NCBI GenBank assembly: GCA_043716935.1
Contig: JAYSXW010000004.1
Location: forward strand, 2,399-66,398
Origin: Pseudonocardia sp.
Lineage (GTDB): Bacteria > Actinomycetota > Actinomycetes > Mycobacteriales > Pseudonocardiaceae
Length of the DNA: 64,000 bases
Direction of reading: 5' to 3'
Shown: piece after piece, positions 18,518 to 28,635 of the stretch
Numbering within the stretch: position 1 is the stretch's first letter
How the letters are laid out: every line of letters starts with the position of its first letter
Translations under genes and position numbers: made by a program
Notes under the pieces: generated by a model
What the model saw: the letters and a program-made list of their open reading frames with translations, nothing else
Database searches by the model: none
What the model was told of the DNA's origin: nothing

Positions 18518-19228
18518 CTACCGCGACCGCGCCACCGCCACCCGGAAGAGGTTGGCCAGCCGGTAGCCCCCACCGGCCAGTCGGTACTCCGCCAGTCGCG
18601 CCAGTACCGCCTCGCGCACGGCGGCCGGGCCCGCCCGATTGACCGCGTGCCGTCCGATGCCGGAGGCGAACAGGGGCTCGAGCACGGCGTCGTCGTCGGA
18701 GTAGTCGAACGGGCAGACGACCTCCTCGAGGGCGGTCACCGGCAGATCCGCCAGCCCGAGGACCTGCCGCAGGCGGGCGGGATCGGCGAGGGGCGGCGGT
18801 CCGGGCGGCGAGCGGCGCGGACCCAGCCACGGGGCGAGCGCCTCGCCGAACGCGCGCACGTCGCACTCCTCCTCCCGCCCCCACACCGTGACGACGAGCA
18901 GCGGTGCGACCCGGGCCGCGGCCCGCAGCAGCACCACCGGGTTGGCGACGTGGGCGAGCAGCTGGACGGCGACGGCGACGTCGAACGGGCCGGGGGGCGG
19001 GTCGTGGGCGTCGCCGACGAGGAACCGCGCCTCCGGCACCAGCGCCGATGCGGCGGCGACGGCCGACGGGTCGCTGTCGACGCCCGTGAGCACGGCCCCC
19101 CGCGCGACCGCGGCTCGGGCGAACTCCCCCGCCCCACACCCGAGGTCGAGCACGGCCTCCCCCGGGGTGAGGTGGGACAGCACCAGCGTGTGGAGCGGAG
19201 CCCCCCACCCCCGCGGCCCGTCAACCAC
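18518..19228 (-). CDS. Class I SAM-dependent methyltransferase
   Basis: VLDLGCGAGE motif I, GVD, FDVAV. Confidence 0.8.
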   Translation of the reverse strand: MVDGPRGWGAPLHTLVLSHLTPGEAVLDLGCGAGEFARAAVARGAVLTGVDSDPSAVAAASALVPEARFLVGDAHDPPPGPFDVAVAVQLLAHVANPVVLLRAAARVAPLLVVTVWGREEECDVRAFGEALAPWLGPRRSPPGPPPLADPARLRQVLGLADLPVTALEEVVCPFDYSDDDAVLEPLFASGIGRHAVNRAGPAAVREAVLARLAEYRLAGGGYRLANLFRVAVARSR

Positions 19229-19386
19229 GCGACCTCACCTCGCACACCTCCGCGCCACCTCGCACGGCCGCGCGCCAACTCGCGCAGCTACGGACGCGTG
19301 CGAGGACGGGCGGACCTGTGCGAAGTGGGCCACCCACCGCGTCGCCGTCAGCACCACACCTCAGCACCACAGCCCGACACCACATT

Positions 19387-20518
19387 TCAGCTCCACACGT
19401 CCGCGGCGACCTCGACGATCAGCCGCAGCTTCGCCGCCTGCTCCTCGGCCGTGATGGCGTTGCCCTCCACCGTCGAGGAGGAGCCGCACTGCGGGGAGAG
19501 ACACAGCTGGTCGAGCGGGACGAACTTGGCGGCCTCGTCGATGCGGCGCTTGAGGGTGTCGGGGTCCTCCAGGGCGCCCGTCTTGGTCGTGACCAGCCCG
19601 AGCACCACCTGCTTGCCCGGCGGCACGAACCGCAGCGGCTCGAACCCGCCGGAGCGCTCGTCGTCCGAACTCGCAGAGGAAGCCGTCGACGTCCAGCTCG
19701 CCGAACAGGGCCTCCGCGACGAACTCGTAGCCGCCCTCGGCCGCCCACGAGGAGCGGAAGTTACCTCGGCACATGTGGGTGGTGACCCGCATGCCGGCCG
19801 GCCGGTCGGCCAGCGCCGCGTTGATCTGACGGATGTAGCGCAAGTGTTCGGCGTCGGCGTCGCCGCTGCTGCGGGCGGCCAACTCGGCCCGCTGCGCCGG
19901 ATCGTTGAGGTAGGCGAGCGAGGTGTCGTCGAGCTGCAGATAGCGGCAGCCCAGCGCGCGCAGCTCGTCGGCGTAGGCGGCGCAGAGATCGGCGCAGAAG
20001 TGGTCGACGTCGGGACAGACCGACGGCGAGATCGACGCCGACCCGCCGCGGTAGTGGACCATGCTCGGCGACGGGATCGTCAGCTTCGGCACAGCCGTGG
20101 TCACCCGCGGGGCCAGGAAGCGGAAGTCGTCGGCGAGGATCGGTTCGACCAGCTCGACCTTCCCGTCGATCGCCAGGCCGGCCGAGGTGAACGCACCCTC
20201 GCCGGACGCGTTGCGCATCCGGACGCTGATCTGCTCCTCGGTCGTGCGGCCGCCGCCGAGCCGGTGGATGAAGTCCATCTGCCACGAGGTGCGGCGGAAT
20301 TCGCCGTCGGTGGCCGACCGCAGCCCGATCTCCTCCTGCATCGCCACCGCGTCGACCACGGCTATGTCCTCCGCGGCCCGCAGGCCGGCGCCGTCGAGGC
20401 GACCGGCGGCGAACTCGGCGCGCGCAGCCAGCAACGCGGGTGGGCGCAGCAGGCTGCCGACGTGATCGGCCCGGAACGGCGGCTCCGCGCCTCCGGGGCC
20501 CAGCGGGCGTCCGGACAC
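19387..20518 (-). pseudogene. Cobalamin-independent methionine synthase II (MetE C-terminal-like) with +1 frameshift near 19665 (start uncertain)
   Basis: PPFRADHVGSLLRP, TDGEFRR, YLQLDDT, THMCRGN; GAGTTCgGACGACGAG extra G; C-terminus (VVLGLVTTK, LSPQCG) in ORF 19387-19626. Confidence 0.85.
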
Positions 20519-20595
20519 GGGTGGCTCGGACCGGCCGGCGGACACGGGCGGGCGGTCGGACACGGACGGGCTGTCGGACACGGAGGACACGGACG
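20505..20595. repeat. Imperfect ~18-bp tandem repeats (CCGTGTCCG core on minus strand) at 5' end of the metE-like gene
   Basis: GGACACGG recurs five times on the plus strand. Confidence 0.6.
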
Positions 20596-20600
20596 GCAAC

Positions 20601-21371
20601 CTAGCCGCGAACGGGCGCAACAGCCGCTGCCCGGCCCGCGGCCTGGCGCACCACTCGTTCCAGCTCCCAGCGGCGCGCGGTGAACTCCGACCGCGACACC
20701 GACACACCGAGCGCCGCGATCACGGTGCCGTCCTCGCCGAGTACCGGAGCGGCGACGCCGGCGATCCCGGACCGGTACTCCTCCACCTCCACCGCCGCCC
20801 CGTCGGACCGCACGCGCATGAGCTCGCGGTCGAGCTCGCGGCGGTCGGCGACGGTGCGGGGGGCGAGCTGCGGCAGCCCGTCGCGGGCCAGCATCGCGGT
20901 GAGGCGCGCCGGCCTCAGCTGCGCGAGCATGACCTTGCCCGCGGCCGTGGCGTGCGGCGCGGTCGGCTCGCCCACGCGCATGACGTCGGGCCGGGGGTGG
21001 CTGGCGCAGTCGTCGACGTGGGCCACGACGACGTCGACGTCGCGGAACACGGCCAGGTAGGCGGCGGCGCCGAGGGCGGTGTGGACCTCCGAGAGCACCG
21101 CCCGGACCGCCGGCGGCGGGCGGACCTGGTCGGCGAGGCTGCGGTGCAGGTCGGCCACCCGGTAGCCCAGGCCGTACCCGCGGACATCGTGCAGCCGCAC
21201 CAGGTAACCCTCCGCCACGAGCGTGCCCAGTGCTCGGTAGACCGTCGGCAGCGGGCACCCCAACCGGCGCGCGATCGCCTTGGCCGTGACCCCGTCACCG
21301 GCGGCCGCCACCGCCTCCACCACCCGCAACGCACGGGTGATCGAGGAACCGGTGGTGCGCTCCGCGGCCAT
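20601..21371 (-). CDS. IclR family transcriptional regulator
   Basis: ATG at 21371; SITRALRVVEAV..IARRLG.PLPTVYR, HATAAGKVMLA, GIAGVAAPV. Confidence 0.9.
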   Translation of the reverse strand: MAAERTTGSSITRALRVVEAVAAAGDGVTAKAIARRLGCPLPTVYRALGTLVAEGYLVRLHDVRGYGLGYRVADLHRSLADQVRPPPAVRAVLSEVHTALGAAAYLAVFRDVDVVVAHVDDCASHPRPDVMRVGEPTAPHATAAGKVMLAQLRPARLTAMLARDGLPQLAPRTVADRRELDRELMRVRSDGAAVEVEEYRSGIAGVAAPVLGEDGTVIAALGVSVSRSEFTARRWELERVVRQAAGRAAAVAPVRG

Positions 21372-21432
21372 GGGGTCCAGTCTCGGTCCACGACGCGACG
21401 CGTCACACCCACCGAACGGACGGAGTTGCACC

Positions 21433-21711
21433 GTGACCGACAAGAAGTTGGACGACCCCGACACGAAGTTGAACGAGAAGGAACTGCACCACCGGATCGA
21501 CGAGCTGGTCGCCGAGGAGCACCGGCTGGAGCGCGCCCACGCCGGACAGGGCCTCTCGGACGCGGAGCGGGCGCGGCTCGACGACCTGGGTGTGCAGCTC
21601 GACCGCCACTGGGACCTGCTGCGCCAGCGCGATGCACGCCGTCGCGCCGGCCTGGACCCCGACACCGCCCGGGAACGCCCCGGCGACGTCGTCGAGGGCT
21701 ACCGCCAGTAG
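21433..21711 (+). CDS. DUF2630 family protein
   Basis: RIDELVAEEH.L, LD..WDLLRQR.ARR.AGLDP, RP.DVVEGY.Q. Confidence 0.85.
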   Translation: MTDKKLDDPDTKLNEKELHHRIDELVAEEHRLERAHAGQGLSDAERARLDDLGVQLDRHWDLLRQRDARRRAGLDPDTARERPGDVVEGYRQ

Positions 21712-21721
21712 GCGGGCCGCC

Positions 21722-22339
21722 ATGCTCGTCACCCCCGTCACCCCGGCCGTGCTCGTCGAGGAGATCGTCGCGCTGGTGCTCATTCGGACCGGCCGGGTCC
21801 GGCTGCTGCTCGACGGTCCCCCGCCCACCGGGCCGGCGACGCTGGCTCTCGGCGTGGCCGCGGCCCTGCGGGCAGCTGGCCGGGCCGTGGTGGTGACCGC
21901 GGCCGGCGACTTCCTACGGCCGGCGTCCGTGCGGCTGGAGTACGGCCGGACCGATGCCGACGAGTTCCTCGACGGCTGGCTCGACGAGGCCGCACTGCGG
22001 CGCGAGGTGCTGGACCCGGCGGGCCCGGGCGGCAGCGGCCGGGTCCTGCCGCGGCTGTGGGACGCAGGCGTCGACCGGGCCTACCGGGAGAGCTACGCGC
22101 AGCTTCCCGACAGCGGGGTGGTGATCGTCCATGGGACGCTGCTGCTCGGGCGCGGCCTGCCGGCGGAGCTGGCGGTGCACCTGCGAATGACGGCGCCGGC
22201 GCTGGCCCGGCACCTGCCGGCGCAGGAGCACTGGACCCTGCCGGCCCACGCCCGCTACGACGCGGAGCGGCACCCAGAGGGAGAAGCTGATCTGCTGGTA
22301 CTGGCCGATCACCCGGACCGGCCGGCGATCAAGAGATGA
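21722..22339 (+). CDS. Uridine-kinase-like P-loop family protein with degenerate Walker A
   Basis: LLLDGPPPTGP, FLRPASVRLEYGRTD, LRREVLDP, DHPDRPA. Confidence 0.7.
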   Translation: MLVTPVTPAVLVEEIVALVLIRTGRVRLLLDGPPPTGPATLALGVAAALRAAGRAVVVTAAGDFLRPASVRLEYGRTDADEFLDGWLDEAALRREVLDPAGPGGSGRVLPRLWDAGVDRAYRESYAQLPDSGVVIVHGTLLLGRGLPAELAVHLRMTAPALARHLPAQEHWTLPAHARYDAERHPEGEADLLVLADHPDRPAIKR

Positions 22340-22344
22340 GGGGG

Positions 22345-22427
22345 TGGGCGAGGAGGGAGTTGAACCCTCACGTCCTTTCGGACACACGGACCTGAACCGT
22401 GCGCGTCTGCCATTCCGCCACTCGCCC
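22345..22427 (-). tRNA. tRNA-Leu(CAG)
   Basis: GGGCGAG/CTCGCCC acceptor, anticodon loop TTCAGGT, long variable arm, GGTTCAA T-loop; CCA not encoded. Confidence 0.95.
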
Positions 22428-22541
22428 TGGCCGGGAGAAGCTAACACGGTCATCCGGCAGCGGAGTCGGCAGGGTCGTACCGGAGTGGACGACGCGAGCC
22501 GAGGTAGCACAGATACGATCTAGCTTGTCAGCAACACGCCG

Positions 22542-23840
22542 ATGCGGACGGAGGAAGATCGGTTGGGTCGCGTGGACAGGTTCGAGCGCCGTCTACAAGG
22601 GATGGTGGGCGACGCCTTCGCGCGGGTCTTCGGTGGCAGCGTCGTGCCCCAGGAAGTGGTGCAGGCGCTGCTCAGGGAAGCCGAGGACCACATCGAGGAG
22701 CTCGCCGGAGGTCGCCTGTTGGCGCCCAACCGGTTCATGGTTCTCCTCGGCCCGTCCGATCTCGGACGCATGGCCGGTGACCGGGAGCAGATCATGGACA
22801 CGCTGTCCTACTCGGTCACCGAACAACTCGCCAACCAGGGGTGGGACACCTATGGCGAGGTCGTAGTCTTTCTGGAGCGCTCCGATGCGCTGCACACGGG
22901 ACAGTTCCGCACCCGCTCATCCGTGGACCCCGACGCTTCCCGCCGGGACGCCATCCGAGCACGCGACGCAGGAGAAGCACCCATGAGCCAGCAACCGGGC
23001 CACCCCGAGGAGAACGGGCAGTACGGCTACGACCGTAGTGCCCCCGGCGGACACGGGCAGCAGACGTACGCCCCACCCACCTACGACCAGCGCCAGGGGG
23101 GATACGAGCAGGGCGAGCAGCCCCCGCAACAGCCGGGCTACGGCCAGCCGGGCTACGGCCAGCCCGGCCAGGGCCAGCCCGGCCAGGGCCAGCCCGGCTA
23201 CCCCCCCCAGGGCGGCTACCCGCAGCAGGGCGGCGGCTACGAGCAGGGCGGCAGCGGCTACGGCCAGCAGCCCGGTGGTTACGAGCAGGGCGGGCAACCC
23301 GGCTACGAGCAGGGCTACGGCCAGCAGCAGCCCGGCGGCTACCCCCAGCAGGGCGGCTACCCTCCGCAGCAGCCCGGGTACGACCAGGGCTACCCGCAGC
23401 AGGGCGGCTACGGCCAGCAGGGCTACGCGCCCGGCGGGTACCCCCAGCAGGGCGGCTACGGCCAGCAACAGTACGAGCAGGGCTACGATGGCGGCTACGA
23501 CCAGGGTCAGGGCTATCAGCAGGGCGGCTGGCAGCAACAGGGCGGCTACCAGGGTGTTTCTGCGACGCTGAGCCTCGATGACGGTTCGGGTCGCACCTAC
23601 GATCTGACGCAGGGTAGTCACGTCATCGGTCGCGGGCAGGACTCGTCGTTCCGCCTCCCCGACACCGGCGTGTCACGTCGGCACCTGGAGATCAGCTGGG
23701 ACGGTCAGACCGCCACACTGTCGGACCTGGGGTCGACCAACGGCACCACCGTGAACGGCAACCCGGTGCAGACCTGGCAGCTGAACGACGGTGACGTCAT
23801 CCAGGTCGGTCACTCGAGTCTGGTCTTCCGCACCCAGTAG
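22542..23840 (+). CDS. fhaA: FhaA (DUF3662 + Q/G/Y/P-rich linker + FHA); start may be TTG 22563
   Basis: [22 protein letters not shown]; [20 protein letters not shown] motifs. Confidence 0.92.
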   Translation: MRTEEDRLGRVDRFERRLQGMVGDAFARVFGGSVVPQEVVQALLREAEDHIEELAGGRLLAPNRFMVLLGPSDLGRMAGDREQIMDTLSYSVTEQLANQGWDTYGEVVVFLERSDALHTGQFRTRSSVDPDASRRDAIRARDAGEAPMSQQPGHPEENGQYGYDRSAPGGHGQQTYAPPTYDQRQGGYEQGEQPPQQPGYGQPGYGQPGQGQPGQGQPGYPPQGGYPQQGGGYEQGGSGYGQQPGGYEQGGQPGYEQGYGQQQPGGYPQQGGYPPQQPGYDQGYPQQGGYGQQGYAPGGYPQQGGYGQQQYEQGYDGGYDQGQGYQQGGWQQQGGYQGVSATLSLDDGSGRTYDLTQGSHVIGRGQDSSFRLPDTGVSRRHLEISWDGQTATLSDLGSTNGTTVNGNPVQTWQLNDGDVIQVGHSSLVFRTQ

Positions 23841-23871
23841 ACGGGGTGCACGACGAAGGAGTTCGCCGCGA

Positions 23872-24330
23872 GTGCCGGAGTTGGTGCTTCAGCTGACCAG
23901 GGCGGGTTTTCTCGCCCTGCTCTGGCTCTTCGTGCTCGTCGCGCTCCGCGTGGTGCGCTCCGACTTGTACGCGGCGGCCGGTCTCCGGGCGCTGGTACCG
24001 GGCGTCGGGCGGGCCACCGGCCGGGCGGCGAGGGGCCGCACCCCGCGGCAACTGATCGTCACCGCGGGGGCGCTGGCGGGGACCCGGATCTCGCTGGACT
24101 CTCGGCCGATCCTCATCGGCCGGGCCGACGACTCCACCCTCGTGCTCGACGACGACTATGCCTCCACCCGGCACGCCCGCATCGCCCAGCAGGGCGAGGA
24201 GTGGTACGTCGAAGACCTCGGGTCGACCAATGGCACCTACCTGGACCGGGCTAAGGTCACCGGACCCACCCGGGTTCCCCTGGGCGTCCCTGTCCGTATC
24301 GGCAAGACCGTGATCGAGCTCCGCACGTGA
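23872..24330 (+). CDS. fhaB: FhaB/FipA FHA-domain protein
   Basis: GTG at 23872; N-terminal TM; [23 protein letters not shown]. Confidence 0.92.
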   Translation: MPELVLQLTRAGFLALLWLFVLVALRVVRSDLYAAAGLRALVPGVGRATGRAARGRTPRQLIVTAGALAGTRISLDSRPILIGRADDSTLVLDDDYASTRHARIAQQGEEWYVEDLGSTNGTYLDRAKVTGPTRVPLGVPVRIGKTVIELRT

Positions 24331-24394
24331 GCGCGTCGGCCGCCGTAGCCGCGCTGAACGCGACGGCCCCGACCCTCTTTGGCGGAGCGCTGAC

Positions 24395-25702
24395 ATGACG
24401 CTGGTCCTGCGCTACTCCGCCCGCAGCGACCGTGGGCTCGTCCGGCAGAACAACCAGGACGCGGTCTACGCCGGTCCACGGCTGCTCGCACTCGCCGACG
24501 GCATGGGCGGGCACGCGGCGGGTGAGGTGGCCTCATCGCTGGTGATCTCGGCCCTGGCCCCCCTCGACGACGACGACCCCGGTGACGACCTGCTCGCCGA
24601 GCTGCGGGACGCCACCGTCGAGGGCAACGCGGCCATCACCCGCCACGTCGCCGATGCCCCCGATCTGGAGGGCATGGGCACCACGCTCACCGCAATCCTG
24701 TTCGCGGGGTCGCGGCTGGGGCTGGTGCACGTCGGCGACTCGCGGGCCTACCAGCTGCGCGGCGGCGAGTTCAGCCAGATCACCAAGGACGACACGTTCG
24801 TCCAGTCGCTGATCGACGAGGGCCGCATCACGGAGGAGGAGGCGCACACGCATCCACAGCGCTCGCTGCTGCTGCGTGCCATCACCGGCCAGGACGTCGA
24901 CCCGTCATTGACGATCCGCGAAGCCCGCCCGGGCGACCGTTACCTGCTGTGCTCCGACGGGCTCTCCGGCGTGGTCAGCGACGAGACGCTGGCCGACACG
25001 CTGGCCGGCTACCGCGATCCACGGGAGTGCGCCGATCGCATGATCGAGTTGGCGCTGCGCAGCGGCGGCCCGGACAACATCACCTGCATCGTCGCGGACG
25101 TCGTCGACATCGAGTTCGGCGAGGACGCCCCGATCATGGGCGGCGCGGTGGGCGACGGCAGCGACGACGGTCCGCCGCCCGACTCCTCGGCGGCGCGTGC
25201 CTCGGCGACCACGCTGACCCGTCCCGCGCCGCGCCGCACGGTGGTCCCGGCCCCCGCGCACCGCCGGCGGCGGCTGCGGCCGGTGCTGGCGCTGCTTGGC
25301 GTCGCCGTCGTACTGGTGGGCGGTGGGCTGCTGGCGCGGGTGTGGATGTCACAGCAGTACTTCGTGGGGGCGAACTCCAACCAGGTCGCGATCTTCCAGG
25401 GCATCCGCGGCGACGTCCTGGGCCTTCCCCTGCACCACGTGGCGGAGCAGACCACCATCGGTCTGGACGACCTGCCCCAGACCGCCCGCAGCCAGGTCGG
25501 TGACGGCATCATCACCGGCGACGGCCTGGCCGGCGCCCGCGGGCTCGTGGAGCGGCTGCGCGACGGCATGCTCGAACCGTGTCCCGCCCCCGTCACCGTG
25601 GCACCGACGGTCCCGCTCACGCCGGGTCAGCCGCCGACGGACACGACTCCCCTGCCGTCGGTTCCGCCCGAGCCGGGAATCACCTGCCGGCAGGTGAGCT
25701 GA
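24395..25702 (+). CDS. pstP: PP2C-type Ser/Thr protein phosphatase
   Basis: SDRGLVRQNNQD, ADGMGGH, LLCSDGL, GGPDNIT; TM and extracellular tail. Confidence 0.95.
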   Translation: MTLVLRYSARSDRGLVRQNNQDAVYAGPRLLALADGMGGHAAGEVASSLVISALAPLDDDDPGDDLLAELRDATVEGNAAITRHVADAPDLEGMGTTLTAILFAGSRLGLVHVGDSRAYQLRGGEFSQITKDDTFVQSLIDEGRITEEEAHTHPQRSLLLRAITGQDVDPSLTIREARPGDRYLLCSDGLSGVVSDETLADTLAGYRDPRECADRMIELALRSGGPDNITCIVADVVDIEFGEDAPIMGGAVGDGSDDGPPPDSSAARASATTLTRPAPRRTVVPAPAHRRRRLRPVLALLGVAVVLVGGGLLARVWMSQQYFVGANSNQVAIFQGIRGDVLGLPLHHVAEQTTIGLDDLPQTARSQVGDGIITGDGLAGARGLVERLRDGMLEPCPAPVTVAPTVPLTPGQPPTDTTPLPSVPPEPGITCRQVS

Positions 25703-27129
25703 TGGCGGCTGCTCCCGAGGCCCCGCCGACGCCCGCCCCGCTGCCCACCGGCCGCGGCATCGAGCTGATCATGCTGGCTTTCGCGACGGTGCTGGTCACC
25801 GGGGCGCTGGTGCTGGTGGAGGCCAACCAGGAGCAGGAGCTGACGCGGTCGCTGCTGTGGGTCGGGCTCGCCTACCTCGGCCTGTTCACCGCGGCCCACC
25901 TGGCGGTGCGCCGCTTCGCGCCCTACGCCGACCCGCTGATCCTGCCCTGCGTGGCCCTGCTCAACGGGCTCGGCCTGGTCATGATCCACCGGCTGGACCT
26001 CGCGAAGGCCGACGCCGCCACCGCGCTCGACCGGGCCGTTCCCACCGAGCTGATCGCGCGGCAGGTGGCGTGGACGGCCGTCGGGCTCGTGCTGTTCGTC
26101 GCGGTGCTGGGTGTGGTGCGCGATCACCGCACGGTCGCCCGCTACGGCTACACGGCGGGCTTCGTCGGGCTGATCCTGCTGGCACTACCGGGCGTGCTGC
26201 CGGCGTCGATCTCGGAGGTCAACGGCGCCCGGATCTGGCTGCGGCTGGGCATCTTCTCGATCCAGCCCGGTGAGTTCGCGAAGATCCTGCTGATCGTGTT
26301 CTTCGCGGCCTTCCTCGTCCAGAAGCGGGAGCTGTTCACCAGCGCGGGCCGCCGGTTCCTCGGCATGGAGCTGCCACGCCCCCGCGACCTCGCGCCGCTG
26401 CTGCTGGCTTGGGGCGCGTCCATCGGCGTGCTGGTGCTCGAGCGCGACCTCGGGACGTCTCTGCTCTTCTTCGGCATCGTGCTGGTGCTGCTCTACGCCG
26501 CAACCGAAAGGGTGTCCTGGCTGGTCATCGGCCTGCTGATCTTTTCGGCCGGCGCCTACGTGGCCTATACCCTGTTCGGCCACGTGCAGCGCCGCGTGGA
26601 GGTCTGGCTCGATCCCTTCGCCGATCCCGACGACGCCGGCTACCAGATAGTCCAGTCCCTGTTCGGGCTCGGCACCGGCGGCATCGGGGGCACCGGGCTG
26701 GGAGCGGGGCGTCCCGATCTGGTGCCCTACGCCGAGAGCGACTTCATGCTCTCCTCGCTCGGTGAGGAGCTGGGCCTGATCGGGCTGGCCGCGATCCTCG
26801 TGATCTACCTGGTGGTGGTCACCCGTGGCCTGCGCAGCGCCCTGGCCGTACGCGACAGCTTCGGCAAGCTGCTGGCCACCGGGCTCGCGTTCGCTGTCAC
26901 GCTGCAGATCTTCACGGTCATCGGCGGCGCTTCGAAGCTCATCCCCTTGACGGGTCTGACGCTGCCGTTCCTGTCCTACGGTGGCTCGTCGCTGGTGGCC
27001 AACTACGCGCTGGTCGCGCTGCTGCTGCGGGTGTCCAACGCGGCCCGCGCCCCCCTGCCGCGCCAGCCCGCGGTGCCGCGGCCACCGATCGCCGAGGCCG
27101 GCACGGAGCTCGTGGAGCGGTTGCCGTGA
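25702..27129 (+). CDS. rodA: FtsW/RodA/SpoVE family SEDS protein
   Basis: ATG overlaps pstP stop; SIQPGEFAK, RDLGTSLL, LTGLTLPFLSYGGSS. Confidence 0.95.
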   Translation: MAAAPEAPPTPAPLPTGRGIELIMLAFATVLVTGALVLVEANQEQELTRSLLWVGLAYLGLFTAAHLAVRRFAPYADPLILPCVALLNGLGLVMIHRLDLAKADAATALDRAVPTELIARQVAWTAVGLVLFVAVLGVVRDHRTVARYGYTAGFVGLILLALPGVLPASISEVNGARIWLRLGIFSIQPGEFAKILLIVFFAAFLVQKRELFTSAGRRFLGMELPRPRDLAPLLLAWGASIGVLVLERDLGTSLLFFGIVLVLLYAATERVSWLVIGLLIFSAGAYVAYTLFGHVQRRVEVWLDPFADPDDAGYQIVQSLFGLGTGGIGGTGLGAGRPDLVPYAESDFMLSSLGEELGLIGLAAILVIYLVVVTRGLRSALAVRDSFGKLLATGLAFAVTLQIFTVIGGASKLIPLTGLTLPFLSYGGSSLVANYALVALLLRVSNAARAPLPRQPAVPRPPIAEAGTELVERLP

Positions 27130-28601
27130 ACACGCCCATCCGCCGCGTCGCCATCGCCGCGATGGCGATGCTGTTGCTGCTCATGGCCAACCTGACCTAC
27201 GTGCAGGTGGTCAAGGCCTCCGAATACAGCACGAACGTGCGCAACAAGCGCATCTCGCTGACCGAGTACTCGCGCAAGCGCGGCCAGATCAGCGCCGAGG
27301 GCCAGGTGCTGGCCAGCAGCGTCGAGTCGGGCGACCGGCTCAAGTACCAGAGGCTCTACCCCGACGGCAAGATCTTCGCCCCGGTCACCGGCTACTACAC
27401 GGTCAACCACGGGGCCGACGGCATCGAGCAGGTCGAGAACCAGGTACTCAACGGCAGCGACGACCGGCTGGCCGGCGACCGGATCCTCGGCCTGCTCAAC
27501 GGTCGCGATCCCAGCGGCGGCAACGTCGTGCTGACGATCGATCCCGACGTCCAGCGCACGGCGTACGACCAGCTCACGAGCAAGGGCTACACCGGCTCGG
27601 TGGTGGCACTGCGGCCCCGGACCGGAGAGATCCTGGCGATGGCCTCCACTCCGTCCTACGACCCGAGCCCACTGGCCAGCCACCGCGCCGACGAGGAGAA
27701 AGCCTCCTGGGATGCGCTCACCGGCGCCCGGCCCCCGGAGCTGACCAACCGCGCGCTCCAGCAGACCTATCCGCCCGGCTCGACGTTCAAGCTGGTCGAC
27801 ACGGCGGCGGCGCTGGCCAGCGGCCGCTACACCCCTGAGAGTCAGCTCACCGCGGCCCCGAACCTCACGCTGACCGGCACCAGCACCACGCTGGAGAACT
27901 ACAACGGAAACGCCTGCGGCCCGGCGGCCACGGCCAGCCTGCGGGAGGCCCTGCAGCGCTCCTGCAACACCGCGTTCGCCCAGCTCACCGGCGAGCTCGG
28001 CGAGAAGGCCGTCCGCGACCAGGCGGCGGCGTTCGGGATCGACACGCCGGACCTCAAGATCCCGATGCCGGTGGCGACGTCCACGATCGGCGACATCCCC
28101 GACACCGCCGCGCTGCAGCAGTCGGCCATCGGCCAGCGCGACGTGGCGCTCACTCCGCTGCAGAACGCGATGATCGTGGCCGCGATCGCCAACGGGGGCC
28201 AGCTCATGTCGCCCTACCTGGTCAAGGAGATCCAGGGCCAGGACCTCGCGAGCATCGACACGACCGAGCCCGACCGGATCGGCCGCGCCGTCGACGGGGG
28301 CGTGGCTCGCACGCTGACCGAGCTGATGGTCAACAACGAGAACTCCTACAGCGGCGGTGGCAAGATCACCGGGGTCCAGATCGCAGCCAAGACGGGCACC
28401 GCGGAGCACGGTTCGGACCCCAAGAACACCCCGCCGCACGTCTGGTACGTGGCGTTCGCCCCCGCCGAGAACCCGCAGGTGGCTGTCGCGGTGCTCGTCG
28501 AGTCCGGCGGCGACCGCAACAACCTCGCCGCCACCGGGGGCGCCGTGGCCGCCCCGATCGGACGCGCGGTCATCGCAACCGCGCTTCGGGGGGCCCCATG
28601 A
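27126..28601 (+). CDS. pbpA: Class B penicillin-binding protein PbpA
   Basis: PPGSTFK (SxxK), SCN, KTG motifs. Confidence 0.95.
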   Translation: MNTPIRRVAIAAMAMLLLLMANLTYVQVVKASEYSTNVRNKRISLTEYSRKRGQISAEGQVLASSVESGDRLKYQRLYPDGKIFAPVTGYYTVNHGADGIEQVENQVLNGSDDRLAGDRILGLLNGRDPSGGNVVLTIDPDVQRTAYDQLTSKGYTGSVVALRPRTGEILAMASTPSYDPSPLASHRADEEKASWDALTGARPPELTNRALQQTYPPGSTFKLVDTAAALASGRYTPESQLTAAPNLTLTGTSTTLENYNGNACGPAATASLREALQRSCNTAFAQLTGELGEKAVRDQAAAFGIDTPDLKIPMPVATSTIGDIPDTAALQQSAIGQRDVALTPLQNAMIVAAIANGGQLMSPYLVKEIQGQDLASIDTTEPDRIGRAVDGGVARTLTELMVNNENSYSGGGKITGVQIAAKTGTAEHGSDPKNTPPHVWYVAFAPAENPQVAVAVLVESGGDRNNLAATGGAVAAPIGRAVIATALRGAP

Positions 28602-28635
28602 CCACCCACGCCGTGACTGCGGCCGGGGTGGCGCC

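Noticed and set aside
20518-20600. SAM/cobalamin riboswitch upstream of the metE-like gene
   Set aside because: Under 100 bp of repetitive sequence before the IclR stop; no recognisable aptamer
23040-23560. Q/G/Y/P repeats in fhaA as novel
   Set aside because: Known feature of actinobacterial FhaA linkers
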